A stretch of DNA of 59,378 nt, filler included, from Sphacelaria rigidula (lineage: Eukaryota): the NCBI GenBank assembly GCA_964200075.2. It is 4 parts of 4 records of this genome, joined end to end, with 100 filler letters (N's around TTAATTAATTAA, not from the genome) between each part and the next. Parts side by side here need not be neighbours in the genome. Positions count along the whole stretch, not along the records: positions 14,872 to 29,642 come from CAXNAA020002057.1; positions 29,743 to 44,511 come from CAXNAA020002058.1; 2 more parts are not named here. One strand, 5' to 3'. Positions 27,301-39,120 of this stretch are shown piece after piece; position 1 is the first letter of the stretch, and each line of letters starts with the position of its first letter. Under the pieces are notes generated by a model that had not been told where the DNA came from, searched no databases, and saw only the letters and a list, made by a program, of their open reading frames with translations. The position numbers were made by a program, and so were the translations under genes.

Positions 27301-28869
27301 CTTACACTTTACCCAGTACGTTTTTTGTCTATTGCATCTACTGTTTTTGCGACCAAAAAGAGATGTTTTGCCCCGGCTTACAAGATGAACTCTCAGGCAC
27401 CGAGAGTAGGTCATCTGTTGAATCGGCATCAAATTCAGTTGAAAACATTATTCATGATCAAGATGGACTATCCTCACCGTCCAAGGTTAACGCCCGTTCT
27501 TCGTTTTCTCCGCCCCACCCCCCCCCACACACGAATACGCTTCGCCATCACTCATTACCGCTTCAGAGAACCAAGGTGCCGTATGTTCCTGGGGAGAAGC
27601 GACTCGGGCTTCTGTATGCGGTGCACGAAGTGTTCAAACAGGCAAGCAAGGACGTGGACATGGTGTTCGACTACGAAGCATGGAAAGAGGCCTTGCAGTC
27701 CCTCGTGCCGTGGACGTATCGTAAGCAGAAGGAGGACGATCAGAGCAAGATTCGAAAGTCGGTGCGTACTGTACGCGGTGCATGTCTTGCCGTTGCCGTC
27801 TATTGTCATTATCCAGGGCGTGGTGTCTTCCGTTCATCTGATTCCACGCACGGTTCTTATCTTCTTGTCCAACGCTGGAGTGCCATTCGTGACTTGCTCA
27901 AATTAATCGAGTACCTGGTCTTGAAGGGACTCACTTGGATTTCCGCAGGAAAAACAAACAAAACAGGAATGCATGAAGGTCTTGATGAGTTGGAATTCAC
28001 TCCTACTCGTGTACTTCAATCCCAGACGCCGTCCCTCAACTGAGTATTTAGTTAAACAGGAATACCCTGACGAAATTACTCGTTGCCCCGTGTTCCCCTT
28101 CTTAGGTCCTGAAGATGTGGGTGTCCTCCCGCTGGCTAGACAGAGAATTCGTAGAGAGCCTCATCCCCGCGCCTGGTAGCACCCCGAAGAAACGTGTTGT
28201 CGGGGATGCAAGCGGCGGCGGCAGTGGCGGAAGCAAGCGCCGTCGAGCGTCGTTGTCGGGGCGTTCTCTGTCTTCGGGCTCTCTTGGCGGTGGTGGTTCT
28301 AACCCCGACAGCCACCACGATTCCAACATGAACTCAAATGATAAAAGTACCAGTGACAAGAGCAACCAGGCGAACGCCGCCGCCACAAAGGTCAAGATGA
28401 AGAAAGGTGAAAAGGAAGACGCGGAGCAAGAAGCCGTGTTCGACTCCATGGTCGACTACGGCAACGGGACGCCGACGCAAGGGGCGGCGGCAGTGACGAC
28501 GACAAAGCAAGAATCTAGGTCAGGATCGGCAGCAGCAGCGGCGGTAACAACAGCGGCGGCACCCAAGCTACCCTTTCCCGCACCCGGCGCCGTGGCGGCG
28601 GCGGAGAGTGCTGGGTTGCCGGAGGCCCCGCGAAATGGATTGAATGGTGGTGGTGGTGGTGGAGGAGGGGCGGGGGGCGGGGGAGGCGGCGCTAATACGG
28701 TAACGCCGTCTCCTGAAGGGGATCAGGCGGATATTGCTAGCCCGGACGGTGCAGGAGTTGGCGCTGGGGGGCAGGGGGGAAAGGAGAGCGCCCAAGAGGC
28801 GCAGCGACGGATGTTGTCGCTGACGCTTGATGGGTGTGGGCTTATTCGGCGAATAGGACGATCCATGAA
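24368..28869 (+). CDS. 5' part of a CID/RPR (RNA Pol II CTD-interacting domain) protein gene; exons 24368-24445, 25384-25515, 27567-27761, 28106-28869
   Basis: Phase-0 junctions give MARSTT...EFEKTL/SEQVDLILDEVRLSTTTSVGRLFEWITQN...YGVLA/RTKVPYVPGEKRLGLLYAVHEVFKQ...DQSKIRKS/VLKMWVSSRWLDREFVESL, matching CID motifs (L..LY...., ..L..W......F...L), followed by a Gly/Ala/Ser-rich region. AA|GTGAGT at 28869 suggests the gene continues; otherwise it stops at 28873. Confidence 0.85.
25728..26096. mobile_element. hAT-type MITE, copy 2 (intron 2 of the CID gene)
   Basis: Homologous to 13566-13984; TIRs TAGAGGTCGGAAATGGT / ACCACTTCCGAGCCCTA; TSD GCAATAAG / GCAATAAA. Confidence 0.88.
26448..26805 (+). 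mobile_element. tRNA-derived SINE-like element, copy 2
   Basis: A-box-like GGGTCAGTTGG, B-box GGTTCAAATC, shared body and (CA)n tail. Confidence 0.8.
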
Positions 28870-29642
28870 GTGAGTTGAGCTCGGTACTGCGCGTCGGGAG
28901 GCGGAGAGGGGAGGGCAGGAAGGCGTATGGTGTAATGGTAAACCGGCCAAAATATTTGAACGCGTTTCACGTACCAGCTGCGGTGTGCTCAGAGAGATCT
29001 GGTCATCAATCCTTTGTTTCAGGGTAACTGGGCGACAAACCCACGTGTACTAAAACAGGGTTCTGGTTTTGGATTCTTGTATCACACTTTTTGTTGTTGC
29101 ATGAATCGAGAGAGTGCGTGATTTTCGCCGGAGAAGTCACTGTTTACACAGATTTTTTTCAACAATTTTTGAGAGGGAAGGCATCATGTTTCGTCACTAT
29201 TATGGTAGTTGACGAAAAGTACGCTTTTTTTCACGCGGCTCCTGAGGTGTTTCTTGTTAGGTTACGCAGTGAAGAGCTTTGCAAATCGATAATATGTTCG
29301 AGTCGGCCATATATAGTGTAAAGGATTGACTGTGTACACTGCTCAAGCCCTGTCTGACCTGGTGTTTACTTCAACCCTCTCTCTGCAATGTGTTGCGATT
29401 TGAATGTTAACGCAGTAGAAGTACAAGCACTACGCGCCCTGTGGTTGACGACGGCCACTGTTGAATGGGAACCCCGTCTAGATTGTGCTACAGCTTCACA
29501 CCCGACCATTTATATTCGAATGCATATCATGATCGCAATGCCGGTGGCGTCCCTCTGACGCCATGCCCCCCCCCCCCCCCCCTCAACCCCCCCCGTGCCC
29601 CCACAAACGAAGAAACAACGGACGAACACGATTCACGACTTA

Positions 29643-29742
29643 NNNNNNNNNNNNNNNNNNNNNNNNNNNNNNNNNNNNNNNNNNNNTTAATTAATTAANN
29701 NNNNNNNNNNNNNNNNNNNNNNNNNNNNNNNNNNNNNNNNNN
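29643..29742. other. artificial contig linker
   Basis: N-run + TTAATTAATTAA + N-run. Confidence 0.97.
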
Positions 29743-32716
29743 ACGAAGATTTTAATCCTCCGGGTTCTCATCCTCAATGAAAAGCACCATCCTCAACATA
29801 GATGATCGGCTGTTATCAGATTCTCGGAATAGTTTCTTGCAAATGTGGCACGAACTACCGCCACACATGCGCGACATCAGTTTTGACCTTCATGGGCCCG
29901 GCTGGGAATCGGCAGTCATCCGTGAACTCAGTGATGTCCTGCTACAATACCAAGACCGATTTTCCCGATTCAAGACGAATCTTGGGCAGTGCAAAACGCT
30001 GCCCATTGAGGTTACCCTCCAACTCGGCGTCCCGCCGATCTCTTCTCGGCCATACCGGACAAACTCAATCCTTAACAAGAAGGTGAACGCTATCTTGGAT
30101 GCATACTTGGGAGCGGGATTAATATAACATTCCTCCTCTCCTTGGGCCTCGCCCCTTGTGGTCGTCCCGAAAAGGATGGAAACATACGCATAACCGTGAA
30201 TGACCAACGGTTGCACCTCGTCACTGTAGTCGGTAAACTTCCAGTTCCCCGCATTGATTAAGTCTTCGACTCCTTAGGCGAAGGAAAATATTCAGCACCC
30301 CCGATCTCGCTTCTGGATTCTTTCAGAACGCTATTCACCCTGACACAGTCCCACCGACGGCCTTTTGTACCTCGTCCGGACTCTATGAGTTCCTTTGAAT
30401 GCAACACGGTGCCGCCACTGCCCCGGGATGCTTTGAACGCTTAATACAACGCGTCACCGAGGGCCTCGAGCACATCATCACGTACCTGGATGACGCTATC
30501 GCTTTCGATGCCTCACCTATTGCACATATCCGCACTTTACGAGAATTTTTTTCTCGCCCACGCACACACGATTTGAAACTGTCTCCATCCAAAGCTCGTC
30601 TCGGTGCGAGTGACTTGGATTTCCTGGGGCATTCCATTTCGCCAGCAGGCCTGCATCCGGATACAAAGTCAAGGTGATGACTGACTTGCCGATGCCAACT
30701 TGTATTTTTCAACTTCGCTCATTGTTGGGCGGACTATCCTACTACCGCAATTTTTTGCTGAATCTATCAAAACGGATTCGCCCCCTTACTGAGCTGCTCA
30801 AGAAAGGAGCTGTTTTCTCCTTCACAACCGAAATGGAGAAAATCACCCGCGAATTACTCAACACGCTTACCGAAAAGCGGGTACTCTGCTTTCCTGATTG
30901 GGAGGCAGTACAAAATGGCTCTCGCCTTTTCTAACTCCACACTGACGCCAGCACAAACGGATTTGGAGGAGTATTGAATCAACCTCAAGTTGATGGCTCC
31001 GTCCGACCCATCCTTTATATCAGCCGCGCTACCCTGCCCAACGCGGCCAATTGGAGCCCGCTAGAACTGGAAGGGGGAGTGGCCACTAAGGGCCTTCGAC
31101 AATATCTGTTTCACGTGCTCTTTGAGATCTATACGGACTATGGAGCACTCGAACAACTCGCCAAGGTTGGCGAACACAACCCGCGTGTATAACGATGGAC
31201 ACCTTCTACGATAGCCCCCCCCACCCAAAAGTGCATGGTTTTGGGAGGCAAAATCTTCACGTGAATCGAAATGGAAAAAGCCGAGCACAACGAGTAGCTG
31301 GGAATTTCCACGCTTGGTCTCGATCTCGCCAATGTTGCCAATATGAGGCGCTTTATGCAGCCTGAACCCAGACATTAGGCGCTGTATGGCCATTTTTTCG
31401 TGACACTTTTGGGTTGGTTTTTGGGGGGGGCTATCGTAGAGAGTCTCGATGGTTGGATTTTCCACCAGCATACCAGTATACCATTAAGCACCGTCCAGTC
31501 AAAATCAACGGCAACGCTGATCTTCTTTCTCGCCTACCCCTGCCGCCTACGGCCGCAGATTCCAGCCCGGCTTGCCGTTTAACGGGACCCGATGAACCCG
31601 GAATTTACGTGATTAAACGTTTTTCAACGCTCGTTTACGCCCTCGACCTCCAGTGCCCAGGAAGTGGTCTGCATACGGGAGGACCTCGCCCTCTACCATA
31701 TGACGCCGTCTTCGGTGGGTTAGCGCCCACTACCTCTGATTTTGTCGATTCCGCACTTTCGGTACTCGCGCGAAGCTCTTCGGGGAGACACCTTCGGTCA
31801 CCCACCTAATCCCCGACAACACGCGCTCTCGGTCTGCCGCCCACACCACCCCGAGTGCCCCGCCGCCACCGATATCACCTGCAAATTCCACGAGCCACGC
31901 AACATAGGTTCCACGGACCAGCACGCAACGCTCCGCGAACATCCTGCAACGTGCAACACGCGCCGCGGACAATCTTCGCCGCGCACTGAATCAGCCCCCC
32001 CGCCTATAACGGTGCCACCAACATCTACCGCTCCCGAGCATGGAGCTGACGACTTAGCTCGAGCCCCCTGGGCAGATGTTGACGTCGGCACTCCTGCCCC
32101 GTCGCCTATTCCCCCGCTGCCTACCCCACCATGTTTGGTCGGCCAGCCAGAGGAAGGTCAACTACCCGAGTTTCTCCCCAGCTACTCTCACCACGATTGG
32201 ACTCGCGAACAGAAAGCGGAACCGCTATGTCGCGCAGCCATCCGATACTTACAACTCGACTGTCCACTCCCTTTTCCATCCACCCTTCTGCCCCCGGTTG
32301 GCACACTTCCACCCCCAGACATCTCGTCCTCGTGCGTAAAGGCACCCTTTTTACTACGGATGAAGGTGTACAACTACTCGTGCGTCGCGCCACGCCCTTG
32401 ACAGGCGCAATTTCCGTCTCAACCACGGGACGCCACGCACGACTACTCAATGACGAACCAACGCGCATATATGTCCCATTATTAATGCGCCCCTGGGTCA
32501 TGAAAGGCTGCTACACAGAATTGTCACATGTCACCTTGGCGTCACCCGCACCCTAGCGCTCTTGGAACGCTCCTACTGGTGGGTTGGCATGGAAATTTGC
32601 ACCCGCTTCTGGATTCGGTGATGCTTCAAATGCTAAGCCCGAAAAACTTCACGGCAGACCGTACGCTGGCCCGTCACCTCTATGGGACTCCCCAACGAGC
32701 CAGGGCACCTCGTGTC
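29743..32716 (+). pseudogene. pol: degenerate Ty3/gypsy pol (RT, RNase H, start of integrase), copy B
   Basis: SRPYR, SSSPWASPLVVVPK, YLDD, LRSLLGGLSYYR, TDAS, NGNADLLSRLP and the start of the HHCC region; many stops and frameshifts; colinear with 43400-40790 (-); ends abruptly after PGHLVS. Confidence 0.92.
31198..31447. mobile_element. 250-bp MITE, Sola-like termini, inserted in RNase H
   Basis: TIRs GACACCTTCTACGATAGCCCCCCC / GGGGGGGGCTATCGTAGAGAGTCTC; 4-bp TSD GATG; removing it restores colinearity with pol copy A. Confidence 0.88.
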
Positions 32717-32726
32717 GGATCAACGC

Positions 32727-35700
32727 CTAAGTAGACCCGTCTTGTTCAGTGTAGTCCGCAGAAGAGGGAGAAATATCCGAAATGTCTGATTTGGATTCTT
32801 CTAGGACACTTGATAAATTCATCGAGCTCAAACTCGTCGCATTTTGGAGAGAGTGAGGTCGAGAGTTTCCGCTCGAGGGAGGTGTACGTGTTGCTGCGCG
32901 CGCTCCAGTGGGGGCATGTTCACGGGGCTTCCTCTCTTGCCGTGACAAAGGGCGGGGAACTTCCAAAGTGTTTGGGCAAAACCCAACTGCGTCCAGTTGA
33001 GTGGATGGGGTCAACATCGGGGCATGCTCGGGCGAAGCTTGTGGACTGTCCGCTGGCAAGCTTGGCTGCGGAGCCATAGCCGAAGGTATGGTCGGATGGT
33101 TTGTGTGGGAACCATTCAGGGGTAGCTCCGCATGGTGCAATGAACGCGAAGAATGAACTCGTTCGACCTGGGTGGGTGTTACCTGGTCCGAAGCGGTCAA
33201 ATTCTGACCAGCGACACTTGAACCAGTCGAGTGAATTACACTACTGCCTGTGCGTGCGGTCGCTGAGGGAAGCCTGTGCCTCAGAGACGGGCGGTTGGTG
33301 TTCCCAAACCTCAGACTCACGCTCAGTTCCGGAGGACCAAGTCCAGAGCCGAGGGTAGGGCTAAGTTGTGAGTCAACGCAACTGTTACGCTGTGTACGAA
33401 GAGGTGAAGACGGGGTCGATGTGAGCGGCTGTCATTAGAACTTCTGCAAAGTGCCGGGGAAGTTGAGCGAGAAAGTTTGGTCACTCGTTCCGCGGTTGGT
33501 GTTGAAGTAGTCTTCGTGTGTGCTGTCGGCGGCGCCGAAGACGTAAAAACGCCGGCGTCGGCATGTCATGGATCGGTACGATCAGTCATGAAGGAACCAG
33601 GGCTTCTGGCGTTGGGGTTCGAGTGAGTGTGATTCGGCCCGTGAGCTGGTGCCGATCGGCGGAATTCCGGTGACGGTGAGAAGAATTGTCTCTGCGCTGG
33701 GAGCTAGAGTTATCATAGTTGCTGGGATGACTGTCGCAGTTCAAGCAAGTGTTGTCGCGGTTGTTGAAAGGGCGGCGAGAATGACGGTTGGGTGTACGGT
33801 ATTCACGCATGCGTTTCTGCCATCGGCGCCATGCTGGCTCATTGTCCTGCAGCTCAGAGTTCATGAGGTCGAAAGAGTTGATACAAGGGCGAGTACAATC
33901 GCGCATACTGTGACCTTGGGTGTTGCAATTAATGCAACTATTTGCGTGGCGGCTGAAGGCCTCGTGTCTGGCAGCAGACGAAAGGAGGAGGTTCCACAGA
34001 TGTGGGTCATCTGTGGTAAACGCAGACGTAGATACAGTGTAGACACCATCCCAAGTCTCGGCGGAGTATGGCCATCCGTCAAAACTGGCGCTGTACGGAT
34101 CTCTTTTGTTAGCAACGCTCATGACGGAGCCGGCCACGGAGGCGAGCACCCACGAGGAAGGAAGCGAAGTAGACGACCGGTGGCGGGACCCTGAAGGGGT
34201 CGAAGAAGGCGCAGAAGCAGACTGGGAACGAGCTGAAGCATATCTGTCGCCGCGAATGGCCGGCGTCAAATTATTTTCTTGATGAACGAACGCACTCCAC
34301 ATCGCATCCACAGAGGGGTAAGGCACTTCGCGGTGGGCTTAAGCACCTGGAAACAGCGCGGCATCAGTGTTGGGAACTGCTCGGAAACACTATTCCTCAC
34401 ATATGATTGACACATGGCGTCTGATGGGCCAGTCTGGCGACCTACTCCCATAGTACTGGAAACGAGAAGCTTAAATGCTCGGAGGTAGTCCGCGAAGGGG
34501 ACATCAGTTGCGACACCAAAATAAGTAAGTCGTTGGATAGCACTCCCTTGAGTACTGCGATCGAAGTAGCCGGTCAAGCGGCGCTCCAGATCACGGAGTA
34601 AATCCGGGCCTGACTTCCCCGAGGTGCGGTCCGCATCCATAGCGGCCATGAAATCATCAAGGACTTGTGTCAAAGCAGCGGCAGTGTCGGGCGAGCGGCG
34701 GTGGATGGTGCGGTGCAGAGCTTTGTGGAGTGGAGTCGGCCAGCCGTCAACCCTGTTGGAATTTTCGAAACGTTGAGCACCCGTGGAGTCTGCTAGCTGA
34801 AGGATGTTTCGAAGAGTGCGGCGTATAGAGGTGATGAGAGCAGGAGTGAATTGTCCCGAGTCTTCGTTGTCTGCGGCAGGCATGGATTTCACATGCCAAA
34901 GTTTTTTCACGTCCATTTGGATGTATTCTCTCTGAATTGCGGCGGTGCGGGCGGATTCCGCTCGAGCGGCGGCTGCTGCTGCACTAGCAGCGGCTTGCTC
35001 TCGCTCGGCGGCAGTGGCAGCCAGAGTGCGAGCCGAAGTGGAAGATACCGGTTTATCTGAGTTATCGTCCGAAAGGCCTAAAATCTGGCGTGAAACATCT
35101 GCTAAACGCGGTGTAGCGCGACCTAGGGTGGTAGAAGTCGATGCAGGCGAGTGTGCGGTGGATCGAATGCTGGGCTTGGCGGAAGGAGAGCTCGACGAGC
35201 CGTCACTCCGATGTGTCTGGTTCAAACCGGTGGTGGGACGAGTTACACGGTGTGGTTGATTTTTCCCAGAGGAAGAGCTTGAACCTCCGCGGGGGTTGTG
35301 AGAATCAGCACGGCGATTGCGCTCATGGTCGGCAACATCATGTCTGTGGCGTCGGCGGCGAGGGGTCACCGAAATCCAGTCATCAACTTGGGCTGTGGTG
35401 GATTTGGAGGCGGCGCGCAATGCGTCGAAGAGCTCGACAATGGACAGTTCGTAAGGGGTGATGGTTTGTTCCAGAGTTGGACGGCGCGACAGTAGATACA
35501 GGGGGGGTTGAAGCGGGTGCGGGTGCGCAAGGAGCCCGGAAACCAGTATGGGTACCACTATCGGCGTCAGTATCGGCGGCGGTGGCAGTTGCAGCGGTGG
35601 TGGCAGCGGGAGCCGGGGCCGGGACAGCAGAAACTGTGTGTTTGGGGGGCGCAGTGGGGGGTGTAGATGCGGGGTTGGTCACAAGTGTTTGTACTGTGCG

Positions 35701-36850
35701 CTGTAAATCGGCAAGTTGTCGACGCAAGGAACGGATGGCTGCAGCGTCAGAGCGGGAAGACCTATTGCGTGTGAGAGCACGGCGACTGCGGTGGCGTGAG
35801 TCGTATGGCGATTGGTCGCTGGAATGCGCGATCGACGATTCTTCTGCAGAAGGAAGATCTGAAAAAATGTCCCTAATGGCGTCGGCGTGCACAGTAACAT
35901 CATTACGTGGGGAGCGCCGACGTGAAGAAACCCTTGAGGCAGTAGAAATACGGGAGGAACGAGAGGTGTATCTCGAATTGTCGTCACGCGCGGTCATCCG
36001 TCGAGCGGGGGTGGTTATGTTGTGTCGGAGGAAAGACGGGCGTGGCGATGTGGGTGAAAGCCGAGGTCCGGTGTGGGTGGGCGTGGTCTGGCGGGGCTGG
36101 ACACTGTTGGCTGCTTGCATGTCGGCGAAAGCAAAAGGAGAGCGTAGCAAGGTATTGCATAGAACTTGCAGTGCTGTGGCTATACTAACATCTGGCACAG
36201 GGGCTGGTTCCAGATTTATGCCACAAGCAGCCACTGGGGCCGAAGACGGGTGTTCCGAGTTGGGCAAAGCAGAAGTCAAAACATTTTTCGACAAATCATG
36301 ATCAGCCGGGGCACGAAAAGTAGCCGCGGGTGTTGACAAAGTGCGTGCCGGCAGGGCAGCGCGGGCAGTAGTGCCAGCAGTTGGGGGTCCGGACGTGGGT
36401 GTCACCTGCACGCCGGAAGGATCTTGGACTGAAGCTTGTACGACGAGATCCGGGCCGGCAGTAGAGGCAAGGGGTGGAGTTGGGGCCACGGGTAACACCA
36501 GCGTGATAGGGGGGTGGGTTGGGGACACGGGTAACACCAGCGTGGTTGAAGGGTGGGACACGGGATGTGTCAAGGTGGGCCCAGTGTCGACGACTGCGTC
36601 CGATGGGGTGTGTGCTACGACGGGTGCCACCGGCGTCGTGACGGGTTGGGGTACAGAGCGTGTCTGTGAGGAGTGGTCACGGGTGGGATGATGAGGGAGG
36701 GTCGGAAGGGTACGAGAATCCGAGCGATAATCGGAATCGGAGCTGGGAGGGGGCGATGAGAACTGCACGGGTTGGTCCTCAAAACCGATGGATCGAGCAG
36801 CGCTCGAGGCTGGTTTCCGTAAGGCTGAAGAAGAATCAGCATCGGCTCCG
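32727..36850 (-). pseudogene. gag: degenerate Ty3/gypsy gag plus downstream low-complexity linker
   Basis: Overlapping frameshifted ORFs 36768-35383, 35558-34266 and 34326-33586: Pro/Thr-rich N-terminus, capsid-like F.DYLRAFKLLV segment, and CX2CX4HX4C knuckle CINCNTQGHSMRDC. Confidence 0.8.
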
Positions 36851-37956
36851 GAAAAATTAGAAGATCCCTTGGTTTGGCTCCGCGTACGACGGGGCGGATT
36901 GGCTCCCGTGTTGGGAGAAGAAGCGGTGGTGATACGTTGCGAGATAGGTGAAGCGTATACAGCGTCTACAGAGCGATACGTTCAGAGAAGCCAGAGCAAG
37001 AAGCGAAAGCCATTACGTGATGTTATTTTATTGTGTGTTGGGTTTTTTTTCAAGTTTTTCTCTCAAATTCTTATTTTATTTTCAATCACGAATGTGCGGG
37101 AGGGTATGTAATAGCCACAACACAGGGGCACAAGACCAAAACAAAGCCAATCACTGAATGTCTGATTGAAATGCAACTCAAAACCGGAAAGTGGTATAAA
37201 AATCGGAAAAACAGCTTGTAATAGTGTCGCCTAGGTGGGTGCGGGACAATTACAAATGGTCCAGCGGAACACCCCGCACAAGGCGGTGGAGGCAGTGGAC
37301 AAAGGTGAACTGCCAGGGGCAAAATTGTACGTGATTGACCACGATCGCCGAGTTTCAACGCCGCACGCTACGAAAACAGCGGCAAGTAACAATAGCAAGT
37401 CGGCAGCTACTAAGTGCAGCTGAGCACCGCCCAAAAAAAAGGAGAGGAAATACGTGTGGGCAGATGAGATGGGGAGAGTGGGGCAAATTCGGGGATATCT
37501 GCCGAAAACAATGTATATCTGTTGAACGGAATGGGGCAGATAGGTTTCTGGTACCGAGAAAAAGCAACACAGTACAGGTTCACAGTTGGGTGGCCAATAC
37601 AGTAAAAATTGCGCGGCCAAAGAAAAGGTCGCAGAGGAGACAGTGCGAACGCAGTAGAAGTAGCGCGTCGAGAAGCGCGTGTAAAACGCGATTCAAGCGA
37701 AAGTGTACTGCTGAAAATCGCTGCACGGAACGAACAGCAGAGAACGCTCCGTTGGGGCATCTGTGTTTGCACGTGTACGGTACCGTGGGCTACTGTAAAA
37801 AGCAATCGAGCGAATGAAAAGCAAATGACTCACAAAACAAAATGCGAGACAAAGCTACAGCAAGAGGGGGAAAACAGCAACTAGAGGGCAGTACAGACAT
37901 TAGATAAGCAAACAACTGCTCTACTCTGGAAAGGGAAAACAAGCTAGCAAGCAGAT

Positions 37957-37974
37957 ACTCCAAGTCGAACGCCA
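37957..37974 (-). promoter_or_regulatory. putative primer-binding site
   Basis: TGGCGTTCGACTTGGAG on the minus strand, 2 nt after the LTR end TATAACA; priming tRNA not identified. Confidence 0.5.
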
Positions 37975-37976
37975 AT

Positions 37977-38372
37977 TGTTATAGTGCTAGGCGGGATGCA
38001 CCCTCTGGGTGCAAGCCGGTCGGGTCAGAGGTCAGATACTCTCAAGGCTCTGTCCCCACAAGGGATCGGGTTATAGACGTGTTTAAATCAGCTAACACCA
38101 CAATAGCTTCACGTAGTAAGCTATACCCATTTGATACAAAAAAATCTTGTTCACTCGTATTCGTTATCACTCCTTTCAATGCTCTCTCAGCTGCTCTCCG
38201 GCTAAAGCAATGGCTTAACAATCAGCTCCACCCGGGCGAGTACCGCAAGAGGGCTGAAGGACCCATGCCTGTACCTTCTTATCAGTCTCACATCCGGTCT
38301 AGCCAAGCTCAACCAGACCCGCAACTTATAGAATCCCAGGTTTGATCATAGACGCCTCCTAGCTTCATGACA
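37977..38372 (-). repeat. putative single LTR (~396 bp)
   Basis: Minus strand TGTCAT...ATAACA termini, preceded by purine-rich GAATGGGCGAG (PPT-like, 38383-38373) and followed by the PBS-like site. There is no second LTR in the window to confirm it; alternative upper boundaries are 38401 or 38550. Confidence 0.5.
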
Positions 38373-38698
38373 CTCGCCCATTCAGAGGAACCTCTATTAC
38401 AGTTGCGATGAGAAATCTCGAAAAGCGACGAAAATCGAGTTTTTTCTCTACGTCAGGTCATGAGCGACAAGGAAGGCGAACTCAATGCTATAAAAGCACT
38501 AGGCCGAAGTGGCTAAAAAAGAACGTACACCCCAGACGACGAGGGCAACATCCACTCTATTGCCCGATCCTCCCACACCTCAAACAAGGGAAGCGAAATC
38601 TGCTACCGAAAAGCGCAAGTGCGCTTGAAGACGCAGGAGCACACAGAGCTGCTGCGGGCTAGCGAACTAAACAGACGAACACAAAATGCTTCGACGTG

Positions 38699-39044
38699 CT
38701 AGCCAAAAATATAGAGGCGAAAGAGAAAACACACCAGGGGCACAACGTCCACGTGGGTGGTGCCAAAGTCAACCGCCGAAAATTTAATCACATGTGGCGA
38801 GCGTATGGTGGCTGAGGGAGCAAGGGGATAAGCAACTCCAACACTGCAAGGGGTCCAGTACCAGTCATATAAAAAGCCAAAAGCGAGAATACGAAAAGCT
38901 CCAGTAGTCGGGGATGAACGTGCTCCACGCAAGTTCCATTCGTCGTCCGTGGTTGCGCGCCGAAGGAGCTCCGGTTGTAGGCTGTTGAAGAAGTCGATGG
39001 GCGGCACCGGTGTGTCCTGGATGTCGGAAATAGGGGGGAAATAT
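38699..39044 (-). CDS. putative extra ORF between pol and the PPT, preceded by a splice acceptor
   Basis: Open frame YFPPISDIQDTPVPPIDFFNSLQPELL...FRILAFGFLYDWYWTPCSVG...HVIKFSAVDFGTTHVDVVPL, with no ATG, directly after a long polypyrimidine tract ending TTTAG. Confidence 0.4.
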
Positions 39045-39120
39045 CTAAACGACGCGGGAAGAAAATGAAAGAGAAAGGAGAAAAAATGTCGGGATCGGAA
39101 AGCAGAAGGTCTGTGGGAGC

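Noticed and set aside
35477-36691. Long plus-strand ORFs (274 aa, 116 aa)
   Set aside because: Antisense shadows of the GC-rich gag frame, with no independent motifs.
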